NCBI GenBank assembly: GCA_963726455.1
Contig: CAVSCK010000005.1
Coordinates: forward strand, 352,001 to 416,000
Length of the DNA: 64,000 nt
DNA from: an uncultured bacterium
GTDB lineage: Bacteria > Zixibacteria > MSB-5A5 > CAIYYT01
Reading direction: 5' to 3'
Every line of letters begins with the position of its first letter. Position 1 is the first letter of the stretch. Under the pieces are notes generated by a model. The model was not told where the DNA came from. It did not search any database and saw only the letters and a program-made list of their open reading frames with translations. Made by a program: the position numbers and the translations under genes. This document shows positions 36,501 through 46,897 of the stretch, piece after piece.

Positions 36501-36643
36501 CAGGCCAATCCGGAAGCGCCTTCCGGAATTTGATAGGTCGCAACGATCGACCACGCTTTAGAACCCTGCCCGTACGTCGCACTGTGCAACGAGAATGCTG
36601 CAAACAGCAGAATCGCCATAAAGAGGACTTTAGCAATTCGCAT
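33533..36643 (-). CDS. large secreted multidomain protein: beta-propeller, two Ig-like (choice-of-anchor D) domains, FG-GAP/PQQ propeller, FN3-like and dockerin-like domains
   Basis: Signal peptide; GLAWDGTWL repeats; DYG..NTG..L..SND modules; DINGDG repeats; CGDAD..VDISD x2. Confidence 0.88.
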   Translation of the reverse strand: MRIAKVLFMAILLFAAFSLHSATYGQGSKAWSIVATYQIPEGASGLAWDGTWLYCGIYGNGQIYRINPSTGVYSLQCTGPQSTSYGLTFDGTNLVTTDHPSNPAKAIKFTLAGALVSQFNLPAQYVSGIAYDNGNYWVAQYYPDPSVIYKVNSSGGIIRQFNAPNNQPWDLCLQGGFLWQADYWGNALYKIDTTTGLSVESHPSQGIDPAGIVWDGTYLWYCDDGASGTYDRLYKIDLSGTGTPVITLPVNSFDYGNVPVNTTQTWNCVVQNTGTANLVINGVSVSGPPSFYCNADFPITIPPSTQVEVPFVYAPTSVGPLSATATINSNDPVHPGVTVNIVGNAVYSGPWISLPETLHNYGSVRAGAYTRWFLTIVNMGSSNLSVNSISSSDTHFSVETGIEFPIYLAPMDTARIGIWFHPFASEVYSGTLSVFSNDAGHDPILASVSGTGVKEDHPIGDTLWQLHITDASDNSPKAMAPINDINGDGIPDVIICTEDDYIRAVNGNSDGTADILWEHFIYAGAVYQQTALSVCADVNHDGYQDVAVGAAWGGRLIRMLNGRTGGEIWTHDTHEYGEGGWVYQVDARYDYNGDGIVDVLAATGNDAYNTGPKRVYCLNGVNGLSLWECPLDGAVFSVLGVEDLNGDGKPDVIAGASNSAETAGFAFAINGLNGAVIWPMSVPGSSVWALAQIDDINGDGTKDIAVGDFSVTTGNVFGVNARTGAVLWTASGFGSILRLQRMDDLNGDGHTDLLPGHWNTNAAAISGQTGQIIWSVPLADKSWNVARGSDVNGDGINDAYIGTLYQSNFCYFLSGTDGTEVKSVPFSQPVDAITAIPDIVGDNSWEMVAGGRYGDIYCLSGGINTVVNHAPNVPSNPTPVNAATGIVTTTSLNWTGGDPDAGDVVTYDVLLGTTDPPPSVSSGQTATSYTPGAALLPNTLYYWKIVAHDSHGESTAGALWHFTTAGAFVCGDADAGGSVDISDVVYLIAYIFSGGPAPQPMAAGDPDCSGAPDISDAVYLIAYIFSGGPAPCAACK

Positions 36644-36836
36644 GTTTCTCTAACCTCCATAAGGAAGGAAAAAAATTTTATGTACGAGTCATCGGCGGCT
36701 CGAAGAAGACAGACGTGAACGATCTATAATATAAGACCTTAGCCACGTTTGTCAAGGAAGTTCATCGAGCGTCGCAGGGACGCAAATACTCGCGAACCGC
36801 CCGGTTATTGGGCAAAATAAGACTGGGGAGATTCTG

Positions 36837-37265
36837 TTATCTTAGGTAGCTGTCAAAGGCACGAGTCAGATCGGCAGCAATTTCTTCGGGCAGTCGCCGT
36901 TCAATTTGGTGGCGTTGAAGCATAAAGACCAGGCCGCCGTCTTTGAACAGGGCCATCGACGGCGAAGACGGCGGATATCCTGTGAGGTAGTCTCTAACTC
37001 TTTGTGTCGGCTCGGGATCCTGCCCCGCAAAGACGGTGACCAGTTTGCTTGGGGCAATACGATGCTTGAGTGCCAACCGCACTGCCGGACGGGCGTTGGC
37101 GGCCGCGCACCCGCAGACAGAGTTAATAACGATAAGCAAACTTCCGGTATTGTCGGCGAAGAGCCGGTCAACCTCAGCTGTCGTCTTGAGTTCCAGAAAT
37201 CCCAGCGAAGTCAGTTCCTGCCGCATGGGAAGGACAAACTCTTCGCGGTAGAGTGTAGTCTGCAT
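36837..37265 (-). CDS. bacilliredoxin BrxA/BrxB (YphP/YqiW) family
   Basis: PMRQEL, NSVCGCAAANARP, TVFAGQD, PPSSPS. Confidence 0.93.
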   Translation of the reverse strand: MQTTLYREEFVLPMRQELTSLGFLELKTTAEVDRLFADNTGSLLIVINSVCGCAAANARPAVRLALKHRIAPSKLVTVFAGQDPEPTQRVRDYLTGYPPSSPSMALFKDGGLVFMLQRHQIERRLPEEIAADLTRAFDSYLR

Positions 37266-37407
37266 TGTCTCCAAGCTCCTTTGTGCCCCATGGTTCTGTC
37301 TGGTGTTACGGAGTTCGCGCACAGAATTGAAGTGGCGGCGAACGTGTCTCGTACTCCAATCTCGTCCGCTCAATGGGGTACAGGAAGCTGCCGAAGAGCA
37401 AGTAAGA

Positions 37408-37812
37408 CTACAAGACTATTTGCCGACCAGGCGGATCCGGCTTATTACGCTTCTTGATCACGTGAACTTCCTTGCAATATTTGCAGTGAATGCCTCTTCC
37501 GACAGCGTAATCGTCTATGGCCAAGCGAACGACTTTGCCGTCTCTGTCGAAGCACTTGGGACATACTGGAGTGTCTACTTGGTTTGCCGTCATTGGATCT
37601 TTCCTAATCCAATAGATACCTTCGGCGAACTCGAGACTGTCCTTTAGATTCAATCTTTCCTGGAGACTCTGGATGGACTCGCGCAGTTCCAGATTCTCCT
37701 TCTTTAGGTCTGCAACTTCCTCCGTCACCTTCAATATCTCTTGGTAAAGGTCCATCCTCTTGAGATCAAGTGCAAGTTTCGCTGCATCCTTTAGGACATC
37801 GTAGAAAGCCAT
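37408..37812 (-). CDS. hypothetical coiled-coil + Zn-ribbon protein
   Basis: SD GGAG before ATG 37812; heptad helix followed by CPKC...CKYC. Confidence 0.75.
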   Translation of the reverse strand: MAFYDVLKDAAKLALDLKRMDLYQEILKVTEEVADLKKENLELRESIQSLQERLNLKDSLEFAEGIYWIRKDPMTANQVDTPVCPKCFDRDGKVVRLAIDDYAVGRGIHCKYCKEVHVIKKRNKPDPPGRQIVL

Positions 37813-38046
37813 TTGAACTCCTATTTCTATATGCAACATGAAAACTTCAGTCGACCAAGGCAATCACTTTCGTCCGAGTCTACAGCCAGATTCTCAATAG
37901 GCTCCCCCCTCCGTCGGCTCGTTGCTAGGAGAGCAATGTGAGTTAGTTTCGCACAAGTGCACCAGTCTGAGAAATGCTCTGAATTCAGAAACCAGTCAAC
38001 CCGATATTGGGTTGTGTAACATGAAGTTGCGACTCGTAACCACGGT

Positions 38047-38982
38047 TTAGGAATCAACGAATTCAAATTCGATCGTATGGCCGCGATAAGGAAGCTGTCG
38101 CCGCTTAACACCCTCCAGCGAAGCCCATATGTTCCACACCAGGGCTTTTGTCAGGAGCCTCACTTTTGCAGCGCACTGAACGAATTCCCTAATCGTCAAT
38201 TCTTCCGCGGGGTACGGTACATATCTGAGAAGGTTATTCTCTTCGTCCAAATCGGCTAAATGTGACTTTGTGTTCTCGGTCAGGGCCGGAATAACTACCG
38301 TGCCGTGAAACCGTTCAGACTGACTGAAGACAGATCGAATTGACAGATTATCTACGGCGACCAAATGTCCAGAAGCTGGATTCTTTCTCGATCTTTCGAT
38401 TTGCTCATCGCGAAAAATACAGTATGGCCTTAGTGCCACAGTAAGACCGTGTTTATACTGAGCGTAGAAGAAGCTGTGCTTGAGATAGAAATCAACGACT
38501 TCCAAAGTGTGTTGACATAGGGTCTCTACCCCTTCCGCGTACTTCAGGCTCATTTCAGGGGCTGGCCAATCAGTGGCTCGGATAATAGGCACAAGAAATA
38601 GCGACCGCAAATTGTCCTCCCCACAGTCCATTGCTTTCGCAAAATTTGCGATCTTTCCTGCTGAATAGGTTACAACTCTCTGGATAAAATGGTCCAAATC
38701 GGACGTACTTCTTAGAAAAACGAGAAAGTCCTCTACATATTGCGTACATTCAACAAGTGCACTGAATAACAAACCGTTTGTTAACTCTTGCGCAACTGTC
38801 GCATCACCCGTTTGATCGTCAGGTTGCTTAATGTCGTCCTTAATGGTTTCGAAAAACTCAAATTTGCTCTGGAGGATCTTCTCTAGACTGAGGATCTTAG
38901 CGTATCTCCAATCTGGGTAGAAAGAAGCCAAGTACCTCTTGATTTGATCCCTGCTGGCACTCCTAAGATCTTCAGCGTTCAA
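38047..38982 (-). CDS. hypothetical helical protein, AT-richer, with YxxYKHG motif
   Basis: 311-aa ORF, TTG start after GGAGAAGGG; atypical codon usage. Confidence 0.75.
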   Translation of the reverse strand: MNAEDLRSASRDQIKRYLASFYPDWRYAKILSLEKILQSKFEFFETIKDDIKQPDDQTGDATVAQELTNGLLFSALVECTQYVEDFLVFLRSTSDLDHFIQRVVTYSAGKIANFAKAMDCGEDNLRSLFLVPIIRATDWPAPEMSLKYAEGVETLCQHTLEVVDFYLKHSFFYAQYKHGLTVALRPYCIFRDEQIERSRKNPASGHLVAVDNLSIRSVFSQSERFHGTVVIPALTENTKSHLADLDEENNLLRYVPYPAEELTIREFVQCAAKVRLLTKALVWNIWASLEGVKRRQLPYRGHTIEFEFVDS

Positions 38983-39154
38983 CTGCTTTCCCTTCTCCTA
39001 ATCCACTGAGATTTGAAGCCTATAGGTGTTATTGATCGCTTATGTACTTTCGGAGAATCTCGAGGTTGTCGCCATAATAGAGTGTGTTCATGGTAGCGAC
39101 AGTCTAATCGGTTTTTGGCTACGCGCAATCAACAACAATCGTGGATTTGCAAGA

Positions 39155-39292
39155 GCGTCAGGTCACGCCCGCGGGGCGGGCTAGGACCTGACGCAACAGG
39201 TGAGGACGCGGTGCACGAGGACGTACACCGCGCACAACAACGTAAGATCACGTTCCGAAGTGTCCTGTTGTAGGAGCTGCTTTAGCTGCGAT
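39155..39292. repeat. cluster of three REP-like palindromes
   Basis: GCGTCAGGTC/GACCTGACGC (39155-39194), CGCGGTG/CACCGCG (39207-39232), GTAGGAGCTGCTTTAGCTGCGAT (39270-39292). Confidence 0.5.
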
Positions 39293-39313
39293 GAGCTGGA
39301 AATCGGCGACCGG

Positions 39314-39349
39314 AAACAAAAGACCCACTCGTTGAGAGTCAACGAGTGG
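39314..39349 (-). terminator. sdh operon terminator
   Basis: CCACTCGTTGA/TCAACGAGTGG stem with minus-strand TCTTTTGTTT tail. Confidence 0.75.
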
Positions 39350-39390
39350 ATCGGTGTATCAGATCAAAGGTGACGACTGCCTACGAGCAA

Positions 39391-40163
<773 letters not shown>

Positions 40164-40164
<1 letters not shown>

Positions 40165-42089
40165 TATTTGTAACTCCTCTCCGCCAGGTGCACGATATTC
40201 GAAGCTCCAGTGGTTCTTTGTTCAGGACTCGGTGTGTTGCCGACACCGGTGTATTCCCAGGCGGCGACGTAGCTGATATTCATCGTCGTTACGTAGCGCC
40301 TCGCCTTCTTTGGTCTGACTTTCCTCGCGGAAATGACCGCCGCAAGATTCGCGTGCGCATCAGGGCATCATAAACCAGCAGCTCTGCAAACTCCAGGAAG
40401 TCGGCGACGCGACCGGCGCGTTCCAGGGCCTGATTGATTTCTTCATTGCCACCGGTAACTAGTGGCGTTCTTCCAGAATTCTTCGCGGATCACCGGAATT
40501 TCCGCCAGTGCCTTCTTGAGTCCGGCTTCGTTGCGACCCATGCCACAACCCTCCCAGAGCACCTTGCCGAGTTGACGATGGATATCGACCACCGTGCGCT
40601 TACCTTTGAGTGCCAGCAGCTTCTTTGTCCGCTCGGTTACTTCTGCTTCGACCTTCTTGAATTCTTCGTGATCGGTCGAAATCTTCGATGGACCCGTGCG
40701 GGCATAGTAGTCACCGATCGTGTACGGAATCACGAAATAGCCGTCAGCCAGTCCCTGCATCAGTGCGCTCGCGCCAAGACGATTGGCGCCGTGATCGGAG
40801 AAATTGGCCTCACCCAGCACAAACAGTCCGGGGACGTTGCTCATCAGGTTGTAGTCAACCCAGAGTCCGCCCATCGAGTAGTGAAGCGCGGGATAGATGC
40901 GCATCGGGACTTTGTAAGGATTCTCGCCGGTGATGCGTTCGTACATGTCGAACAGGTTGCCGTAACGTTCGCGAATCGTATCTTCGCCGAGACGGTTGAT
41001 CGCATCCCGGAAATCGAGATAGACGCCCTTGCCGGTTTCGCCGACACCGCGTCCCTCATCGCAGACCTGCTTGGCAGCGCGCGACGAAATATCACGCGGC
41101 GCCAGGTTGCCGTAGCTCGGGTATTTGCGTTCGAGATAGTAATCGCGTTCGGCCTCGGGAATGTCGTTGGCAGCCCGCTTGTCACCTTTGTTCAACGGCA
41201 CCCAGATACGGCCGTCATTGCGGAGTGACTCGGACATCAGCGTCAGCTTCGATTGATGTTCGCCGGTGACCGGAATGCAGGTCGGATGAATTTGCGTGAT
41301 AACAAGGGTTGGCGAACAGCGCGCCGCGCTTGTAGGCGCGATAGGTAGCAGTGACATTGCAGCCGATGGCGTTGGTCGACAGGAAGAAGACGTTGCGAGT
41401 AACCGCCGGTCGCCAGAATTACGGCATCAGCCGCGAACGACTGGACTTTGCCGGTGACCATGTCGCGCGTGACGATACCTTTGGCATGACCGTCGATCAC
41501 GACGAGGTCAAGCATTTCGGTGCGCGAATACATTTTGACGGTGCCAAGCCCAATCTGTCGCGCCAGACGCTGAGTATGCACCCAGCAGAAGCTGCTGACC
41601 CGTTTGTCCTCTGGCATAGAACGTGCGCGACACGAGCGCGCCGCCGAAGGAACGGTTGTCGAGCAGGCCGCCGTAATCGCGCGCAAAGGGAACTCCCTGC
41701 GCCACGCACTGGTCGATGATGTTTCCCGACACTTGCGCCAGACGATAGACGTTGGCTTCACGGGCGCGGAAATCGCCGCCCTTGATTGTGTCGTAGAACA
41801 GGCGCCAGATGCTGTCGCCGTCATTCGGATAATTCTTGGCGGCGTTGATTCCACCCTGCGCGGCAATACTGTGCGCACGGCGGGGGCTGTCCTGATAGCA
41901 GAAGCAGGAAACCTGGTAGCCCATTTCGGCAAGCGACGCGGCTGCCGAGGCACCTGCCAATCCTGATCCGACTACGATCGCCGAGAACTTGCGCTTGTTC
42001 GCCGGATTGACCAGCTTCATATCGAAAATATGCTTATCCCATTTTTCGGCAAGCGGCCCTGAGGGAACTTTGGAGTCGAGCTTTACCAT
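40164..42089 (-). CDS. sdhA: succinate dehydrogenase/fumarate reductase flavoprotein (multiple apparent +1 frameshifts)
   Basis: [45 protein letters not shown] spread over several frames; ends HLAERSYK with TAATG overlap. Confidence 0.93.
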
Positions 42090-42093
42090 TATC

Positions 42094-42819
42094 TCACCCC
42101 CGCGGGAAGTTTGATGATATCGAGCAGGCAGGCAACCGGTATTGAGGTGTAGCCGAGGAACAGAATCCAGGCGACCAGCAACGCTACCTTTCGGAGTCCG
42201 CCGTCGTAAGATCTGATTGTTGATACCCAGTGTCTGAAACATGCTTCGTGACGGCATGGCTCAGATGGAAGCCAAGCGAGGCCATCATGATCATGTAGAA
42301 GATCGAAATGACCGGATTCTTGAAGCCGAGAATCACCATCGAATAAACATCGTGGCGGCGCAGCGAATCCTCAAGTGTCTTGTATTCGGGATGAAAACTC
42401 ATGAATGTGAAATGCAGAAGATGATAGACGACAAACGAAGCGATCAGCAGACCCGTCCAGATCATCGTCCGTGATGAAAACGTCGCCGCGACCGTGTCGT
42501 TACATTCGTAGCGCGTCGGACGAGCAGCCCAGTTCTCCAGTTTCAATTGCACGGCAAACCAGACGTGCAGAATCAAAACCAGCGCCATTACGCCCCGCAG
42601 CAGCCACAGGAGTTCGCCCAAGCCCTGCAAGAAGGCGGCATAACGGTTGAGCGATTCCTGTCCGATGAAAATTTGCAGATTACCTACCATGTGGCCCGTG
42701 ATCCATCCGAGCAGCATGAAGCCGGTGATTGCCACCACCACCTTTTTGCCGATGGATTGCGAGAAATATCTGGCAGGCAAGAAAGCCCAGTTCTTTCTGG
42801 CTATTTCAATGCTAGACAT
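42094..42819 (-). CDS. sdhC: succinate dehydrogenase cytochrome b subunit (apparent frameshifts near 3' end)
   Basis: [46 protein letters not shown]. Confidence 0.9.
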
Positions 42820-42929
42820 TAAACAAACCTACCTTTCCAAGTCCGGGCAAAATAGGTCGTGAGTGGGTGAGAGTCAAACGCTAAATGGGAATTAAGGTAA
42901 ACAATGTTATGTCGATGCGCGATGCGTGG

Positions 42930-43727
42930 TCAGTCCAGCTCCAACCTCAGTGTTGTTTCATTTGACACGCGAATAATCGGATAGAAAAGACCGACGATGA
43001 TCCATGATTTTGGATATCTCTTTATCGTCCCCACAAAGAAGTGAAGATCATATTTTGGTGAACAGAGTTCATTGAATAATCTGTGTCTTACTTTGTCCAG
43101 AGCCTCTTGATCTGTCATGCAGCTGGCTCGACAATTCAAGTATAGGGCGCTCACTTCCCAATCCGAAACCATTGACTCGTGCCCTGTGCAGTTGGGACCA
43201 TTACACTCAAATCTGTATTTGAACTTGTATGGGATCTTCTCTAGTGGGAGGAGCTCCTTGAAAAGGTCTCCCTGAGCCCGTCTGGCGAGATGACTGCTCT
43301 TCCAATCGTGTTCGCTCTCTTCGACCATCAGGTCAAAGACTTTCTTCGGCTTTATTATACCTAGCGACGTGCCGTCCAGAGCCTGCTGCTCGCGCAAGTA
43401 CTCTAGAGATGGTGCAAGCTTCTTGAGGACATACCTCTTCCGTTCCTCCCACCCATTCGCGGTAGTCAGCGGCTTGCTAATCAGACGAATAGTATGCTGA
43501 TCGATCTTGTAGCTCTCCTTACGGTTATCAACGATGTCCTTTGAGATGTCCGCCTCGATCCATTGGTACCTGCGAAACTGCTTCTCGCGAGGTAATTTCC
43601 GGAAACTGATAGGGTACAGTCTTATGAGACTTCCGTCCTCTAATACCCCGCCGGTGCATACTGTTTCTTCGTACTTCTTTGATGGTTGTGGATATGTTTT
43701 TGCGAAAATTAGAATTCGCCTTTTCAT
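42930..43727 (-). CDS. conserved hypothetical DUF488-partner protein (possibly dual-OB type)
   Basis: KTYPQPSKKYEETVCTGG..IRLYP..FR; D.RKESY; SLGIIKP; PYKFKYRFEC; DWE; SD AAGGAG. Confidence 0.8.
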   Translation of the reverse strand: MKRRILIFAKTYPQPSKKYEETVCTGGVLEDGSLIRLYPISFRKLPREKQFRRYQWIEADISKDIVDNRKESYKIDQHTIRLISKPLTTANGWEERKRYVLKKLAPSLEYLREQQALDGTSLGIIKPKKVFDLMVEESEHDWKSSHLARRAQGDLFKELLPLEKIPYKFKYRFECNGPNCTGHESMVSDWEVSALYLNCRASCMTDQEALDKVRHRLFNELCSPKYDLHFFVGTIKRYPKSWIIVGLFYPIIRVSNETTLRLELD

Positions 43728-43754
43728 CCCCGCTCCTTTTCTTTGAATCGTTAA

Positions 43755-44633
43755 CTAACGAAGGTCAATCACAGACAACCCCATTCTCTTGCGCAAGGTG
43801 TTTGCCAATACACCTCGATGACAACGTCTTGGATCCTTTTCTTGACACATAAGGACGGATGGCGTTCTTTCGATCATTCCAGCAATACTATCCAATTCCT
43901 CGGCAGCTTCGGAGAGAATCGACCGTTCATAGGTGATTAAGAGCCTGTTAACATCTTCGACCGAACGCAAATTCTTTCTTAAGTCCCCGGGGATTCCCAC
44001 CTTAGGCCTATGAATGTATCCAATTTTGGCCCGTCCACACCAATCAGCCAGATACTTCTGGTTGAATCCCCAATTTCTCGAAATTGGATTGAACCTAACA
44101 TCGATGACTTGGTAGATGCCACGTTGAATAAGCATGTTCAGAAACCCGTCCAGAGAGGTCTCCTCATAGCCAACTGTATATATTGCTGTTGGAGCCTTTT
44201 TCCGAACAATTCCCTCGCGTCTGTGTTCGCTTAGGACCGTATATTCTGGATACTTGCTGTAAACAAAATCGATGACCTCCCGATCAGATGAGTTCCGATT
44301 CGAGCCGACAATCCGAGTCAAAGCGTGCTTGATTTGAAGAGGAAGCTCTCTCACTTCCTGAAGACTGTCTTGACGCCGGTCAGAGAGTAATTCTACGGGA
44401 TCTGAATCAAACAGGAAGCCGCGCTCCGACAGTTTACTGACGTCTCTAAATGCCTCTATGGAATACGGTCCGAATTTGTAGGGAAAGAAATCATAGGTGA
44501 ACGCGAGTCTTCTCTCAAAATTCTGAGAGCTTAGCAGAAAGAGCTCTTTCGCGAGTCGTATACGTGAGGAGCTGCCGGCGTGTTCTAGAAGCAGGCCAAG
44601 AATGAGGCGTTGGGAGTTGTCAACTTGTGGCAT
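43755..44633 (-). CDS. Panacea/SocA-like wHTH fused to DUF488 domain
   Basis: RLAKELFLL..YDFFPYKFGPYS N-terminal domain; IYTVGYE, IDVR.NPISR, LMCQEKDPRRCHR. Confidence 0.87.
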   Translation of the reverse strand: MPQVDNSQRLILGLLLEHAGSSSRIRLAKELFLLSSQNFERRLAFTYDFFPYKFGPYSIEAFRDVSKLSERGFLFDSDPVELLSDRRQDSLQEVRELPLQIKHALTRIVGSNRNSSDREVIDFVYSKYPEYTVLSEHRREGIVRKKAPTAIYTVGYEETSLDGFLNMLIQRGIYQVIDVRFNPISRNWGFNQKYLADWCGRAKIGYIHRPKVGIPGDLRKNLRSVEDVNRLLITYERSILSEAAEELDSIAGMIERTPSVLMCQEKDPRRCHRGVLANTLRKRMGLSVIDLR

Positions 44634-44677
44634 GGTAAACTACTTACGACTGTTGAACGGGTTCCACAATACTCAAG

Positions 44678-45319
44678 TTACAACTTCTTCCCGACCAGAT
44701 CAACGACACCATGCCAGTGCGGAGGGCCGTGCTGGGTGTCGTAGAAGTCGTACTCAGAGTAATGGATGATGCGCAGGTCGGAACAGAGTTTGAGTAATTC
44801 GCCGTAATCGTAGAGCGAATAGAAATTGCCGGACGAATCGAGGAAGACCCCCGGAGCAACTTCTTTGGATTTTTGTTTTCTCATCTTTAAGGAGGGATCG
44901 TCTATCGTAAACGCCGTGCAGACGAACAACCCGCCACGCTTGAGGCCTTGCACGATGCCGGAGATAACGCGTTTGGCCTCATCCTTCTTTATAAACTGAA
45001 ACAGATTGATGGCGGCAATCAGAGCGTAACGGTTCTTCGCGATCTTGTAATCGCGGACATCCTCGCAGACTGCATTCACGGTCAGATGGCGCGCTTCCGC
45101 CAGGCGCTCACATTTGAGCACGCCCGAATCGGCGGATTCGACTCCCGTGGAATCAAAGCCGACCGACGCCAGGTAGAGAACGTCGCGTCCCTCACCCATG
45201 CCAAGATCAAGCGCCTTGCCTTGCGGCGCGAGTTCGGCATAACGTTTGACCAACTCCGACGGCTGATCGCCCCAGTACAGGTCCTTGCTCTGATAAACGC
45301 TTTCGTAGTCCTTCGCCAT
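44678..45319 (-). CDS. class I SAM-dependent methyltransferase (TehB-like)
   Basis: ALDLGMGEGRD motif I, LKRGG; promoter TTGACC-17-TACATT 7 nt before ATG. Confidence 0.9.
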   Translation of the reverse strand: MAKDYESVYQSKDLYWGDQPSELVKRYAELAPQGKALDLGMGEGRDVLYLASVGFDSTGVESADSGVLKCERLAEARHLTVNAVCEDVRDYKIAKNRYALIAAINLFQFIKKDEAKRVISGIVQGLKRGGLFVCTAFTIDDPSLKMRKQKSKEVAPGVFLDSSGNFYSLYDYGELLKLCSDLRIIHYSEYDFYDTQHGPPHWHGVVDLVGKKL

Positions 45320-45438
45320 ACGCGGCAATGTAGCTGGTTTCACAGTACAGGTCAATCACGTTATCGCGAGTGAACCTGCGTCGATCATCCCTGTTGCCAA
45401 ACGCGCTAAGACAAAAGAGATTGAAGGTGAGAGACAAA

Positions 45439-46137
45439 ATGGGTACGCGGATTCTATTTCATTTTCACACCAACTGCTCCTATGACGCCCGCATTACGCC
45501 GGGCGCGGTGGTTGATTTTGCCGTGGCGAACAACATCGGCGTTCTGGCGCCGACCGATCACGACACGATTCGCGGGGCGCTGGAAGTAAGAAAACTGGCG
45601 TTCGATGAGGGAATCCGCACGATCATCGGCGCGGAGTACCTGTCGGATCGCGGGGACATTATCGGACTGTTTCTGGAAGAGGAAGTGATTGCGCGCGACG
45701 CAATTGGGATTATCAGGGAGATCAAGAATCAGGGTGGTTTGGTGATTTTGCCGCATCCGTTTCGTTCTCAAGCGCCGGGCGAGGAACTTCTGGAATACAT
45801 TGACGGAATCGAAGTGTTCAACGCCCGGCTGTCTGACGAACTCAACGAAGACGCGCGCAAGCTGGCGGAGCGCAAGTTGATTCCGCAATTTTACGGCGCC
45901 GACGCCCATTTGGAGCGGGAACTTGGTCTCGTGATCTGCGAGATTGAAGAGCAACCGGGGCGGTCGTTGCGCGAGGCTTTACTTTACGGGATGACTCCGA
46001 TAGTTGCGCAACAAACCAGCGTGGCAAGCATGTATCGCAGCCAGATGATCCGCGCGACGCATTTGCAGCGTCCCTGGCTTTGGTGCACGTCGTTTGCGGG
46101 CATGATCGGTTCGGGCTTGTTGCGAAAGAGACCATGA
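45439..46137 (+). CDS. PHP-domain phosphoesterase
   Basis: HFHTNCSYD, TDHD, GAE, PHPF, IEVFNAR, GADAH. Confidence 0.9.
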   Translation: MGTRILFHFHTNCSYDARITPGAVVDFAVANNIGVLAPTDHDTIRGALEVRKLAFDEGIRTIIGAEYLSDRGDIIGLFLEEEVIARDAIGIIREIKNQGGLVILPHPFRSQAPGEELLEYIDGIEVFNARLSDELNEDARKLAERKLIPQFYGADAHLERELGLVICEIEEQPGRSLREALLYGMTPIVAQQTSVASMYRSQMIRATHLQRPWLWCTSFAGMIGSGLLRKRP

Positions 46138-46194
46138 ACAAGTCGAATTGCAGGCGAAGTGTCTGGGGGACTGTGTAACGGGGAGATTCAGGAT

Positions 46195-46764
46195 TCAGCT
46201 TTCGGGGCGGCGAGCATAAACCTCGTCGAATAATCGTTCAAGCGTGGGGTTTACTCCGCGCAGTCCATCAACAACCGCTCTTGCCCAATCGAAGTATTCC
46301 TGTTTGCGCGTAAGATTCCAACCGGATGGCGGGGTCTCCAAAATGTCACGCAGATTGCAGATCTTGTCGGCGAGTTTGACCAGCCGTGCTTCCAGACTGA
46401 GATTCGGAGCGTGCTCGATTTGCAGGCGTTTGCGATCGATTTTCGGCAGGCGACGATCGTCGGAGACTTCAACCACAATGTCTCTTACTTTCTCGCCGAA
46501 ACGCCGCGCGATGTCGTCGGCGGTAGTGTCGGTATCTTCGAGTGTGTCGTGTAAAATAGCGGCACAGAGAATCGCAGGTTCTGTGATTCCGGCCTCGTTA
46601 TACAACACATTGGCCAACTCAATCGGGTGATTGATATATGGCAAGGCCGAGTCACCTTTGCGCCTTTGATGCCGGTGTTTGTCGGCGGCAAAGACGAAGG
46701 CCTGTAAGATCAGGCCAAGTTCGCTGATGCGTTCGTCGACAAGTTTGATTTCGTGCGCTTTCAT
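46195..46764 (-). CDS. standalone HD-domain (p)ppGpp hydrolase (SAH/Mesh1-like)
   Basis: HRHQRRK..PYINHP, AAILHDTLEDT, VKLADKICNLRD. Confidence 0.92.
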   Translation of the reverse strand: MKAHEIKLVDERISELGLILQAFVFAADKHRHQRRKGDSALPYINHPIELANVLYNEAGITEPAILCAAILHDTLEDTDTTADDIARRFGEKVRDIVVEVSDDRRLPKIDRKRLQIEHAPNLSLEARLVKLADKICNLRDILETPPSGWNLTRKQEYFDWARAVVDGLRGVNPTLERLFDEVYARRPES

Positions 46765-46897
46765 TGCTGCAACAAACTCCCAAGATTCTCCGGGGCTCCG
46801 GCTATTTGGAATACCTCGAAACTGAGACCCGAATCAGTACCGGATGATTCCACGTTCATTACATATACGAAGTTAGAGCTTCCATGCGAAGATTCGA

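Noticed and set aside
42896-44640. GGTAAAC direct repeat flanking the DUF488 module as a target-site duplication
   Set aside because: A 7-mer match between these flanks is plausible by chance; no recombinase nearby
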